Shown here: positions 17,086 through 26,423 of the stretch, one piece after another
Layout of the letters: each line of letters starts with the position of its first letter
How positions within the stretch are numbered: position 1 is the stretch's first letter
Virus record (IMG/VR): IMGVR_UViG_3300033407_000070
Coordinates: 1 to 36,830 of that record
Source: a virus
Lineage: Duplodnaviria > Caudoviricetes
Strand: one strand, 5' to 3'
Length of the DNA: 36,830 bases
The notes under the pieces: model-generated
The model's input: the letters and a program-made list of their open reading frames with translations, nothing else
Told to the model about the DNA's origin: nothing
Database searches by the model: none
Program-made: the position numbers and the translations under genes

Positions 17086-17310
17086 ATGAAATGGCTGATT
17101 ATCTTGCTGTTGTTGGCCGGTCCCGCGTTTGCCGAAGAAGCCGAGAAAAAAGAGGTCAAGCCCCCTGTGCTGTTGTCCAGTATCGGCGAGTGTATCGGCT
17201 GGTGCAGCAGCGAACAGGGCATATGTATCGCCAGTTGCCAGGGGAACGGCCAGTGTATCGGCCAGTGTGCCGCCGCGCATGGCCGCTGCGTCTCCCGCTG
17301 TAACCGTTAG
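17086..17310 (+). CDS. Secreted 8-Cys mini-protein (moron) opposite the tail operon
   Basis: AAGGAGG SD; signal peptide MKWLIILLLLAGPAFA; four CxxxC pairs; exactly fills the intergenic gap. Confidence 0.75.
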   Translation: MKWLIILLLLAGPAFAEEAEKKEVKPPVLLSSIGECIGWCSSEQGICIASCQGNGQCIGQCAAAHGRCVSRCNR

Positions 17311-19238
17311 TCCTCGTTGTAAATATGGTTGTGCGATTCGCTGTAACTGTCGCTGTTGGATTCGTTATAGCTTTCGCTGAGATTGGTGCTCTGGCTGTAG
17401 CCGAGTTGCGCCGAAGCGGACACCGACGATAAGGCTGAAGCGGTCATCTGCGCAGCGATATTAGCCGCTGCCTCGATGGCGCGGGTCTGGATCTCCTTCA
17501 CGGCGGTCTGGGTGCGCAAGCCGACTTCGGCTTCCTTGACCGCTGCATCGATCTGCGCCGACCATTCGCCAACCTGCGCCTTGTAGCGTTCGACCAGTTG
17601 GCTGATAAAGGCGTTTTTGCTGGAGACATCGGCCTTGTACATCTCAGTCTGCGCCCCGTAAGCGGTCGCTCTAGCTTTTTCCTCTTCGCTCTGCGCCGAG
17701 ACTTCCGCGACGTACTTCTGGATCGCGGCTTTTAAGACCTCGACCTTCTCGCTATTGGCGGCGATAGTGGCCTGCACTTGGGCTAAATCGATGTCGGCTT
17801 CGATCTTCTTTGCCTGGATTTGCGTAGCGTAGGCGTCGACCTGCTTGGCGTAGATATTGACCTTGGTTTCTTCTCCGGCCAACTGTGCTTGATAGAGATT
17901 GTACTTGGCGGTCACACCTTCGATGCGGGCCTTGGCGGCGTTGATCTGTTCGGCGAAGGCTTGGATGCGTACCCGGTCCACGTCGATCTTGAGCTTGGCT
18001 CCTTCGAGTTGTGCTGAGTAAAGCTGAATCAGTGTCGAGAGGGCCTGAATCCGGGCGGTGTAAATTTGCACCCGCTGCGCCTGAATATCGGCGGCGACCT
18101 TGACCCCTTCGAGTTGGCCGCGATAGAGTTCGACCTTGGCCAGTTCGGCGCGGATCTTGGATTCAAAGACTTGCGCCTGGGTCTTGTACCCTTCGAGTTG
18201 CGCGGTGTAGGCCGTGACCTTGGCTTGGTAGATGGCTACTGCCATTTCCACCACGGCGCGGGCCTTATCGAACGCCCGTTGCGCGACTTGGTTGGCATAC
18301 CCCATCAACTGCTGTTCGTGGACCAGCCCGGAGGTAATGGCGAACTGCGTGTTCTGCTGTGCCAGTTTGGCCTGCTCGATGGCGATGTCGCGGGAAGCAA
18401 GATTATCCAGTCGGCCGATTTCCACTTCCAACTCATCCAAGGCATCGTCCAAGGCACCGGGCGGAAACTCGAAGTTGCTCCCCGCCCAACGGTTCGTGAC
18501 CTGTACCCGTCGCGCTTCGTGCTTGACCGCTTCGCGGGTCTGGTAATTGGCCCAGATTTGCGCCTCGACTTCCGCCGAAAGTCCTGTACCGCCCAAAGTC
18601 AGATCCTGATAGAGCTTGGTGCGTACCGCGTCGGCGATGTTGCTTTGATAGGTCGCTTCGTTGTAGACGAACATCGGCTCCGGCGGGGTGAGGTCCATGG
18701 TCGGCATGACCCCCTCGAAGGAGGCAATAGACAGTTCGGGCGCAGCCGGAATGGTCAGGTCGTCAATGGTCGGCGCGGTCGGCAGATCGAGGGCCGGGGC
18801 GGCGGGCATGTCGGGATCGGAGACGGACGGTGCGCCATCGGGTACGTCGGGAATCGCATCGGTCGGCGCGGTCGGCAGGGTGATCGACGGTGAAATGGCC
18901 TCAAAAGGCGGCAGGTCGATGCCTTGCAGAATCACCGTGGTCAAGCCCAACTGTTCACGCAAGGCGGTTAAGTCGGGAAAACCGATTTCCTGAATGCCGG
19001 ATTGATAGGCGTCGGGCCTTGAGACCATCGGTTCGTCGCCGAGGTTGGGGGCTGACAGGCCGGAAGTCGTATCGAGCGGGGTCGTATCGACGGCGAAATT
19101 GGTCGAGCCCATCAGCGCCAGGAGCGTTTGTGCTTGTTCCCAAGCTTCGCTGGCGTAGTCGGTCGATAGTCCGAAACGGTTGGACACCAGCCCTTGGGTG
19201 GACAGCGGCCAGTAGTTATCCATGATTGCGCCTGCCAT
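17307..19238 (-). CDS. Long coiled-coil tail needle/spike-like protein
   Basis: Pro-rich N-terminus, long A/Q/K/E-rich heptad region, Ser-alternating C-terminus ending SHNH. Confidence 0.65.
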   Translation of the reverse strand: MAGAIMDNYWPLSTQGLVSNRFGLSTDYASEAWEQAQTLLALMGSTNFAVDTTPLDTTSGLSAPNLGDEPMVSRPDAYQSGIQEIGFPDLTALREQLGLTTVILQGIDLPPFEAISPSITLPTAPTDAIPDVPDGAPSVSDPDMPAAPALDLPTAPTIDDLTIPAAPELSIASFEGVMPTMDLTPPEPMFVYNEATYQSNIADAVRTKLYQDLTLGGTGLSAEVEAQIWANYQTREAVKHEARRVQVTNRWAGSNFEFPPGALDDALDELEVEIGRLDNLASRDIAIEQAKLAQQNTQFAITSGLVHEQQLMGYANQVAQRAFDKARAVVEMAVAIYQAKVTAYTAQLEGYKTQAQVFESKIRAELAKVELYRGQLEGVKVAADIQAQRVQIYTARIQALSTLIQLYSAQLEGAKLKIDVDRVRIQAFAEQINAAKARIEGVTAKYNLYQAQLAGEETKVNIYAKQVDAYATQIQAKKIEADIDLAQVQATIAANSEKVEVLKAAIQKYVAEVSAQSEEEKARATAYGAQTEMYKADVSSKNAFISQLVERYKAQVGEWSAQIDAAVKEAEVGLRTQTAVKEIQTRAIEAAANIAAQMTASALSSVSASAQLGYSQSTNLSESYNESNSDSYSESHNHIYNED

Positions 19239-19255
19239 AGGGCGTCTCCTGATAT

Positions 19256-20419
19256 TTAGTAATCCTGAACTACCTCGCGTCGAAGGACGCCGAACAACGG
19301 TTCAAACTCTGCATCGACGGGGGAATAGGAAAAAGCATCGAATGCGTCCACATGCCGGAACAGCAGTTCGGTGCCGTCCTCGGCGATAAACTTGCGGTCC
19401 ACTTCGCCCACCGGCAAGACAAGATCCGAAACCTCGGCCCCGTCCTGCATGATCCCCATGCGAATGCCTCGCAAGAAGTTCCCTTCGGCGTCTGCGCCTT
19501 TACTGGTGTAGCACGCCCAGGAGAACCAACCGCCTTCCTGCAAGGCTGCTCCGTACTTGAGCGGTTTATAGTACGGCCCGAGGTTGCGAAGTATTCCGTT
19601 TTGGGCAACTATTAAATCCGTTTCCGTGTAGCCAAACCCGCCTTCGGTAAAGGGCGCGACACTGGCAATGACTCCGAAGTTGTTTGGATCGTCGTCCGCG
19701 ACGGCTCCCTGCTCGCGCAAACCGTAAACCGTCTCCCCCCAGTAAGCGTACGCCTCCACCGACAACCTGTTTTCGTACTGGAACACTTCATATTGCGTAT
19801 GCCCATGCTGAAACGAGGCAATGTCCACCAACCGCGTTGTGGATTCTCTTTGGTGGACATGTAGGATGGTGTCAACCACATAGGTGGCAGTTCTAGAATA
19901 GACCCCGCTGTCATTGGGATCGGTTTGGACAACATCCGCGCTGACGGCATAATCGTCGGCGGCGGTTAAATAGGTCGCCTGTGGGTTCAGGTGCGGCAGG
20001 ATGGTCAGTGTTTCCAGGTCGCGGCGGCAAACCCGTGTTCCGTCTTCTCTGCTGAACTCAGCGTCGAGTATTTCGTACGGAGGGCCGAAGTTCATCCCCC
20101 CTCGACACAACACCCAGACCGGTTCGGAGCCCCGGTACGCCTGGAAAAATGGCAGGTATTCCACCACCAGTTCCTCCAGTTTCTTGACTTCGCGGCTTGT
20201 GATAGGTGGCGCGAAAAACAACATCGTCTCGTCGCCGAAACGGGTATGCAGATGGATAAAGGAACCATCGTCAAAGCGCACCAGCCGCTCGTTCTGTCGC
20301 AGTTTCTGAAAGCCGGTCAGTCGGCGGAACTCCTCCAGTAAACGCACACCATGGCGCAGCCGCAGTTGATCCGCCGCCAGTTTGTCGCCGTCCAGCATGA
20401 TGCGCGTGGTGCGGGCCAT
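19256..20419 (-). CDS. Tail appendage protein (putative)
   Basis: 387-aa ORF with AGGAG SD inside the tail operon; function not recognised. Confidence 0.6.
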   Translation of the reverse strand: MARTTRIMLDGDKLAADQLRLRHGVRLLEEFRRLTGFQKLRQNERLVRFDDGSFIHLHTRFGDETMLFFAPPITSREVKKLEELVVEYLPFFQAYRGSEPVWVLCRGGMNFGPPYEILDAEFSREDGTRVCRRDLETLTILPHLNPQATYLTAADDYAVSADVVQTDPNDSGVYSRTATYVVDTILHVHQRESTTRLVDIASFQHGHTQYEVFQYENRLSVEAYAYWGETVYGLREQGAVADDDPNNFGVIASVAPFTEGGFGYTETDLIVAQNGILRNLGPYYKPLKYGAALQEGGWFSWACYTSKGADAEGNFLRGIRMGIMQDGAEVSDLVLPVGEVDRKFIAEDGTELLFRHVDAFDAFSYSPVDAEFEPLFGVLRREVVQDY

Positions 20420-20427
20420 GAGGCTCC

Positions 20428-21195
20428 TTACGCCGGAGGGGAATAGCGAAGAACGTAGGAATCGAAGCGCCCGGAAACCGAAGCCGTCGCGCCGGGGTAG
20501 TAATCGCCGCCGGAGACCAAGGCCGGGAAAATACCTGCTCCGTCGCCTGTCGCGTTGATATAGCCGGAACCGTTCGCCGTCAAGGCCGGGAAAGTCCCAG
20601 CGCCTGAGGCGACTTCGCCGGAAGTTCCTGTAGCGGATGAGCGGATAAAGGGCAGGATGGCCGCGCCCTGGCCGCGCACTTCGCGGGTTGCGGTCGCTGT
20701 GCCCTGCATGAGCGGAAAGACCCCTGCTCCGTAACCGATTCGGCCACTGATCGCGGATGCTTCGCCGCGCAACAGCGGAAAGACCCCCGCGCCACTACCG
20801 ACCCTTGAGGTTTGTCCGGAGGCTTCGGCGGTTAAAGCCGGGAAGAGTGCCGTAGCAACGCCCCCGCTCTGCCCTGCGCCGGTCAGGCTTGGAAAAGCTC
20901 CCGCCCCATCGGCCAGTAGCCCACGATAAGCCAGCGCCTCGCCCACCAGGGACGGGAACGCTGCACTCCCTTGCGCCGCACCGACTCCGGAACCGGAGAG
21001 TACCGGGAAGGTTGCGACGCCCGTACCGCTAGCCCCGACAGAACCCTCTCCAGTTAAAAGCGGAAAGATGCCCGAACCGACGCCGCCCTCGGACCCAAGG
21101 GCGGCTCCAGTTAATAACGGGAAGTTGCCTAGACCAATCCCGCCCCCACGAGCGGTTCCGGTTATTAGCGGAAATACCCCGGCCCCGTCAGCCAT
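20428..21195 (-). CDS. Gly-rich fibre core protein with about 12 GxGxFPxLxG repeats
   Basis: Repeated GAGVFPL-type units at about 16-21 aa spacing. Confidence 0.75.
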   Translation of the reverse strand: MADGAGVFPLITGTARGGGIGLGNFPLLTGAALGSEGGVGSGIFPLLTGEGSVGASGTGVATFPVLSGSGVGAAQGSAAFPSLVGEALAYRGLLADGAGAFPSLTGAGQSGGVATALFPALTAEASGQTSRVGSGAGVFPLLRGEASAISGRIGYGAGVFPLMQGTATATREVRGQGAAILPFIRSSATGTSGEVASGAGTFPALTANGSGYINATGDGAGIFPALVSGGDYYPGATASVSGRFDSYVLRYSPPA

Positions 21196-21204
21196 AAGCT
21201 CTCC

Positions 21205-21945
21205 TTATGCTGAAGCAGGTAAACTATACGAAAAGGTGTCGATGGTCGTGGTCGCTCCGGAAGTCAGGGAGACCGAAGCCAGAACTAGATCCGTCCCGGA
21301 GGTGCCGACCGTGCCCTGAATCCGCTCTGCCGTCGCCGAATCCCCGGCGGTGGCGGCGTTGCTGTAGAAGCGGTAATACCCGGCGGTGCCGGTAGCGAGA
21401 TTGACCCCGCTCCACACCGCAGAAGTCTTGGCAATCACCCCGGCGGCGATGGCGTCTTCGTCGAAGTTCAGACCGTTGGCGGCTGCCCCGGCGACAAAAG
21501 CGCCCGATCCGAGAGTGATCCGGCAAAGTTTGGTGCCGGTTTCGACAGCATCGGCGGTCGAAGGAGCCGAGCCGGAATAGATGTCCAATACGCCGTTACG
21601 CAATACTTCGTCAAGCGATCCGCCGTTTTCCGAAGCGGCGAGAATCACCGTCCCGGCGGTGACGGCGGATTCGGTGGTGAAGGACCCGGCGGCGACTTCC
21701 AGCGCTCCGGCAGCCACGGCGAGGATCTTGTAATAGCCGTCGTTGGTGGTTGAGGTCGAAGTGGTGGTGACGAAATCGCCGACCACATACCCCGCCAGCC
21801 CGTCGCCGGAATCGAGGATCTGGTCGTTGCCGCCGGTACCGGTGCCGTCTCCGAAAGAAATCGTGGCGGCAGACATTAAAGACTTGGCCCGGCTGTTGCG
21901 GGCGAACATCGCGTTTCGCAGGCCGGTAGCGATTTTCAAGGCCAT
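21205..21945 (-). CDS. Beta-rich fibre-associated virion subunit
   Basis: ALKIATGLRNAM...LDIYSGSAP.TADA..TGT.L...ATGTAGYYRF...RIQGTVGTSGTDL pattern of phage structural proteins. Confidence 0.7.
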   Translation of the reverse strand: MALKIATGLRNAMFARNSRAKSLMSAATISFGDGTGTGGNDQILDSGDGLAGYVVGDFVTTTSTSTTNDGYYKILAVAAGALEVAAGSFTTESAVTAGTVILAASENGGSLDEVLRNGVLDIYSGSAPSTADAVETGTKLCRITLGSGAFVAGAAANGLNFDEDAIAAGVIAKTSAVWSGVNLATGTAGYYRFYSNAATAGDSATAERIQGTVGTSGTDLVLASVSLTSGATTTIDTFSYSLPASA

Positions 21946-21984
21946 GGTAAACTCCTTCTGAAGGGATGAGCCGTCTCACGACGG
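21946..21984 (-). promoter_or_regulatory. Repeated leader element (GNRA hairpin-CATCCC-AGAAGGAG), copy 1
   Basis: CCGTC-GTGA-GACGG CTCATCCCTTC AGAAGGAG TTTACC ATG. Confidence 0.65.
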
Positions 21985-21988
21985 GAAG

Positions 21989-22891
21989 CTATTCTGCTAA
22001 AAGCAGCAGGTAAGAGTGGTCTTTGACGATGCCTGTTCCCCGCAGGGCGGCGGGCAGTTTAAGTTTCGTTTCGGTCAGGTTTTTAAAGAAGCCGCCCGGC
22101 CCCCCGCAGCAGATCCCTTCCGGCGAGGCCCAGAGAAAGACTTCCGGACCGAGATTGTCAAAACCGAGCAAGGAGGACGGGCATTTGGCCGCCGTGCCTT
22201 CGATGACGCCGTAATGGGCGACCTCCCGGCGTTGCATGGTCTCGATGCCGTCTCCGGCGTAGAAAAAGGTCTTGGCGGTGGTGGCGACGAACAAGCCGCC
22301 GGGAACCGCCTGCATCAGGTTAATCCGGTCTCCCTCGACAAAGGCGTAGTGGCGAAACCAGTTGTACTGAAAGCGCTCCGAACGATAAACGGCGTTGCCC
22401 TTGGCAATCAGGATGCAGGAATCGAAGAAGCTCAAGAGATGCCCGGTGGGCGGATCGTGGTAGAGTTTGCGCGTGTCGGGCCCCTGGTAGTCAGCGGCGA
22501 CCCAGGGCGTAGCACTTCCCCCTTGCGGCACGCGGCCTTTCTGAAACCCGTTGCTGTAGTAGATTTGTCCGGCGACCTGCACATAGCTCATCGGCGATTC
22601 CGGAGTCAGGTCGCTTCGCAATTCCTCCCGGCTGTAATCAGGATTGAGGCGGTAGAGCGAAGAACCCGACACGTACAGGCAATCGCCGCCGTCGCAAAAC
22701 CCGGAATGGGAAACATCGCTCCTTTTTTGGGTAAAGCCGCGCCGTCTCGATACGCGCCCGGTGGGGTCGATATCGACGTTGTAGGCAACCGCCAGAGGGG
22801 TTTGGCCGTTTTCGTCCGGGCCTAACCTTGTAGGGTCAACGGTGTTGTTTAAGCCGGTGGTGCCGCGCAGTAGAATCACAGGCCATCCCAA
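21989..22891 (-). CDS. Tail nozzle-like beta-propeller protein
   Basis: GLNN...NVDIDPTGRVSRRRG N-terminal motif of podovirus nozzle/stabilisation proteins; follows the adaptor. Confidence 0.65.
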   Translation of the reverse strand: MGWPVILLRGTTGLNNTVDPTRLGPDENGQTPLAVAYNVDIDPTGRVSRRRGFTQKRSDVSHSGFCDGGDCLYVSGSSLYRLNPDYSREELRSDLTPESPMSYVQVAGQIYYSNGFQKGRVPQGGSATPWVAADYQGPDTRKLYHDPPTGHLLSFFDSCILIAKGNAVYRSERFQYNWFRHYAFVEGDRINLMQAVPGGLFVATTAKTFFYAGDGIETMQRREVAHYGVIEGTAAKCPSSLLGFDNLGPEVFLWASPEGICCGGPGGFFKNLTETKLKLPAALRGTGIVKDHSYLLLLAE

Positions 22892-23874
22892 TGAAGTTTA
22901 TCGGTGGCTTTTTGCGGTTCACGGGCTACAGGTCCGAGATGCCGCAGCAGTTCCGCCACGCCACGGGCATAACGCCCTTCATACAGAGCAATGACCTTCT
23001 GCCCCGCGCCTTCCGGTTCGTCGCCGTATATCTCGGTAAAGATTTCCTTACAGGCGAAATTAACCAGCAGATCCCTGTGGAGATGGGTCGGCAGATAAGC
23101 GGGCGTGTCCGTACCGCCGGTCAAAATTGCCGGTCGTTTGTGATAATGGAGGCGCAAGGTCTTGGCCGAGGACGGACTGCGAAGTACCCGCAAGACAGCG
23201 TACTTGCCGCCGACCTGGGTTGCCCCTAAGGTGCCTAAGCCGTCCACGGTCAGGTTGGTGGCGCTTTCGGTGAGGACCAGCAGATTCCCGGCGTAACCAG
23301 TGGCCGCAGCGGTCAGGGTGACAACCCCAGCCGAAGAGGTAGCGGTCACACTGGTCAGATCGAGCCCGATGGCGGTAACGATATTGGCAGCGGTTGCCGT
23401 TACAGTCGCGCCAATAGTCACTTCCCCGGTGGTTGAACGCAGGGCCTTAAAGGTGAAGACTTGCGAAGCCACGGTGAAGGTCTCGTCGACCACGGGTAGT
23501 TCGGCCAGGGTGAGCGTCCCTTTGGCCGCCTGCGGCGCGGCCAGGTCCTCCACCGCGCAAGCTGTCAACGCCCCGGATTCGCCTAAATCGCGGGGATAGT
23601 CGGCAATCATCTGTTCGACGCTACGATAAACCCGCAACCGGCGGTTGTCCGAATCGTTCCAGACATGCACCAGGTTCTTGTGATAATCGTCGGGCAGCGG
23701 CACGTAGGATGTGCCCAGCAGCGTAACGGATGCTTGGGCCTTTAAGGCCGGGAGAAAGAACTGCCCCGCCAACTGGTCGAGGCCGTCGTTCATCAGCCCG
23801 GCCTGAATCGCCGGGGTGTAGGAGGAATCCTGAACCTTGCGGGTGATTTCGGCTTGCAGTTCGGCGAGGGTCAT
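22876..23874 (-). CDS. Head-tail adaptor with inserted beta domain
   Basis: MTLAELQAEI..VQD...LPDDY...YHKRPA.L...DTP..LP..LH..LLV adaptor pattern; ~110-aa Thr/Ala insertion. Confidence 0.7.
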   Translation of the reverse strand: MTLAELQAEITRKVQDSSYTPAIQAGLMNDGLDQLAGQFFLPALKAQASVTLLGTSYVPLPDDYHKNLVHVWNDSDNRRLRVYRSVEQMIADYPRDLGESGALTACAVEDLAAPQAAKGTLTLAELPVVDETFTVASQVFTFKALRSTTGEVTIGATVTATAANIVTAIGLDLTSVTATSSAGVVTLTAAATGYAGNLLVLTESATNLTVDGLGTLGATQVGGKYAVLRVLRSPSSAKTLRLHYHKRPAILTGGTDTPAYLPTHLHRDLLVNFACKEIFTEIYGDEPEGAGQKVIALYEGRYARGVAELLRHLGPVAREPQKATDKLHWDGL

Positions 23875-24630
23875 TTAGAATCCTACGCAGAACGCCATGA
23901 TCCGGGTTAACGAAGACAGGTCGGTGCCGTTGGCCGCTTCGGAGAGCGCCTGTTGTCCGCCGGACAGCAGCCGGGTAGTGGTCTCGGTTTCGGTGGTGCC
24001 GTCCAGATCGGTCGGCGAGACAAACAATAGTCGTTCGTAGGCGTTGGTCGCGTCCTCGTCGAAATAAACAGCGACCCCTTCGGAAGCGGCGTCGGCGTTG
24101 TGATAGAGAGGCAGCAGGGTGCCGTTGGCCAGAGGCAGCAAAAGATCCGCGCCGGTCGGCGAAACCACTTGCAACTCGTTCCAGGCTTCGTCGAAATAGA
24201 CCTGCACCCCGCCAGCGGCTCCGTCGGCGTCGCGGAGAAACAGGGTCGAGCCGCCTTCGTTCAGGGTACAGGTGCCGTTGGCGTTGGTCGGCGAGACGAA
24301 TTGCAGATGCGCCGTCACGCCGTCGTAGGTGTGGGCATAAATCGCCACACCCGCAGCGGCAGCCCCGTCGGCATCGGTAATCGCCACGGTTTCGGCGGTG
24401 ATGTCGGGTACGGACTGATAGGCTTTGATCTTCTGATTGGTGGCGTCGAACTCCAGCAGATACCCGCCTTTGTTCTGCACGGTCACGCACTCGAACTCGC
24501 TCAGACCGACCATGGCCGGGGTGAACGATTCGCCCCCGGCAGGATAAGACGCATCAAAGGCCAACTCGCATAAAATAGCGCCGCGATTGGCAAGGCCGGA
24601 ATCGTACAGCCGGGAAACGGTCAGGGCCAT
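23875..24630 (-). CDS. Capsid-associated/spike-base protein with triple internal repeat
   Basis: AFDASYPAGGES...EAANGTDLS core; 3x DAD.A..GV.(I/V)Y...(F/V)VSPT insert. Confidence 0.6.
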   Translation of the reverse strand: MALTVSRLYDSGLANRGAILCELAFDASYPAGGESFTPAMVGLSEFECVTVQNKGGYLLEFDATNQKIKAYQSVPDITAETVAITDADGAAAAGVAIYAHTYDGVTAHLQFVSPTNANGTCTLNEGGSTLFLRDADGAAGGVQVYFDEAWNELQVVSPTGADLLLPLANGTLLPLYHNADAASEGVAVYFDEDATNAYERLLFVSPTDLDGTTETETTTRLLSGGQQALSEAANGTDLSSLTRIMAFCVGF

Positions 24631-24645
24631 GGGTCACTCCTGAAA

Positions 24646-24669
24646 TGGGGGAGGGTTGCCCCTCCCCCA
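24646..24669 (-). terminator. Stable GCAA-tetraloop hairpin (weak terminator or mRNA stabiliser) after the head genes
   Basis: TGGGGGAGGG-GCAA-CCCTCCCCCA followed by only TTTC. Confidence 0.55.
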
Positions 24670-24680
24670 CGGTTGGGTGG

Positions 24681-25409
24681 TTAATCCATCAACAGGTGAA
24701 CGGGTTTGTACTCGGTATCGACCCCAGCCGTGAACGCCATCCGGGCCACAAACGGCTGGTCGATATCCAGGGTAGCGTTGCACGCTTCCAGAGCCCCGGA
24801 AGTGTCGGAAACAATCAGCATGGTGCCGACCGCCGGAGACCCGTCGATCAGGGCGATACCCTGGCCGCCGGACTGTACCCAGCCGAAGTAGTTGGCGGCG
24901 ATGGCGGGACAGGCGATACCGACCGCGCAGTTTTCCTCGGTGGTGGTATGGCCGACGCCCTTGTACATGCTGGGGATTAAGGAAACCTCGGAGGTCGAGG
25001 CGACCAAGGCAACTTTGATCGGGTCTTTGAGTTTGATGACCGTGGTGCCGTTACCGGCGCAAGCGGTGTTGGACTCGACCTTGTACTGATAGCCTTCGCC
25101 GGTCGCGTCGTTGGCCTGCAAAAAACCTTCGGCGTACTGGTCTTCGGTGACGGCGGTATTGCCGACGGTCAGGGAAATGGTGGTCGAGCCGACCGGGTAG
25201 GCCACGCCGACCGCCTTGTTGATGTGGTTGGCGACCGCAGCCGGTGCCACACAGACTTTACCCGCGCCGAGCCCGGTGGTATCGGCCTGCACGTAGCGGA
25301 ACACCCGCCCGTCATCGAGCACCATCTTGGTACCCATGCGCTCTTTCTGCGTGCTGGACGCAGCGAAGAGGCCCTGCGAAAATTGGGATTTTGCTTTACC
25401 GTTAGCCAT
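24681..25409 (-). CDS. Capsid decoration/cement protein
   Basis: GRVFRYV...YFGWVQSGG motifs; directly follows the major capsid gene. Confidence 0.65.
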   Translation of the reverse strand: MANGKAKSQFSQGLFAASSTQKERMGTKMVLDDGRVFRYVQADTTGLGAGKVCVAPAAVANHINKAVGVAYPVGSTTISLTVGNTAVTEDQYAEGFLQANDATGEGYQYKVESNTACAGNGTTVIKLKDPIKVALVASTSEVSLIPSMYKGVGHTTTEENCAVGIACPAIAANYFGWVQSGGQGIALIDGSPAVGTMLIVSDTSGALEACNATLDIDQPFVARMAFTAGVDTEYKPVHLLMD

Positions 25410-25446
25410 TTAAATCTCCTTCTAATGGGAGGTACGTCTCACGACG
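25410..25446 (-). promoter_or_regulatory. Repeated leader element, copy 2
   Basis: CGTC-GTGA-GACG TACCTCCCATT AGAAGGAG ATTTAA ATG. Confidence 0.65.
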
Positions 25447-25448
25447 GA

Positions 25449-26423
25449 TTAGGAAATGGTCAGGGCGCTGTGAGCCTTGTTGGCGGCGCGGTGATTACAG
25501 ATCAGGTTGCCATCAAACAGGATCTTCATAGTCCGCCCGCGAGCGCCGGAAGAGAGTTTTTCCCACGGGGTCCGGGAGAAATAGCCCTGCTTGTGGATGG
25601 CGAAGCCGAGGTGCTTGGTGTTGAGGGCAAAGGCGTAGCCGGACGGGCAGTAGTCATCCACCACCACATCGGCCCCCTGGAAGTTGACCCCGGTAAAGCC
25701 GACTTTGGCCACGTCCTCGCTCTTGCAGAACTGCTGCTGCGCCTGGAGGATGCGGACCAGTTTGTTAAACAGGTCTTCGGTGGTGACGATCAGGTTCGGC
25801 TTGGTGCCGTTGAACTTGGCATCGCTTCGCAGAGTCTGGAGGGCTTCGACGCTCATCACCGTGGAGGAGGTATTGACCTTGCCTTCCCACGGCTTGGTGC
25901 CGTCTTCGGCCACTACGCCGTCTTCGGTGATTTCGCCGTAAGCGCGGGTCGCGGTTTCGTTGCACAACGAGAGCAGACCGGTCAGCAGTTCGGAGGAATC
26001 GGAAGCGGAGGAAAACAGATCGGTAGCGAGTTTCTTGCGGACCGACTCCATAGCGGAATCGACCTTCTCCGTTACCAGTTCGATTTCGGCGTATTCGCCC
26101 GCGGCACTCAGTTCGTCGGTGCGGTACAAGGTGGCGTTGCCGAAATAGTGCTTGATGCCGAAATAAGCCGCGGTGATGTTCTCGCGGTCGTCTTCGGACA
26201 AAGCATCGTTGCGGCTATAGGCTCCGGCTTCGGAACCGTCGTAGCGCAGATGCACCTTGACCTTTTCACCGCCAGGAACCATCTTGAACAGGCCCTTTTT
26301 CTGCTTCATCAGCAGGTTCATCAGGTAGGAGGTTTCAAAATAGATATCCGTGGCCTTTTTGTTGTCGGCCAGCAGATAATCGGTCGTGATCTTTTCGATC
26401 TCGGCGTTGGTGAGTAGACCCAT
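25449..26423 (-). CDS. Major capsid protein (HK97 fold)
   Basis: 324 aa after the scaffold; GGEKV..L.Y, LTGL, PNLIVT, GF..V.F.GA.VV.D..CP motifs. Confidence 0.85.
   Translation of the reverse strand: MGLLTNAEIEKITTDYLLADNKKATDIYFETSYLMNLLMKQKKGLFKMVPGGEKVKVHLRYDGSEAGAYSRNDALSEDDRENITAAYFGIKHYFGNATLYRTDELSAAGEYAEIELVTEKVDSAMESVRKKLATDLFSSASDSSELLTGLLSLCNETATRAYGEITEDGVVAEDGTKPWEGKVNTSSTVMSVEALQTLRSDAKFNGTKPNLIVTTEDLFNKLVRILQAQQQFCKSEDVAKVGFTGVNFQGADVVVDDYCPSGYAFALNTKHLGFAIHKQGYFSRTPWEKLSSGARGRTMKILFDGNLICNHRAANKAHSALTIS

Noticed and set aside
22016-26417. Long antisense or alternative-frame ORFs (22016-22825+, 23621-24490-, 25224-26417+, similarly 9870-10637+ and 18066-18893+)
   Set aside because: Shadow ORFs of GC-rich genes: no recognisable motifs, and they overlap well-supported genes
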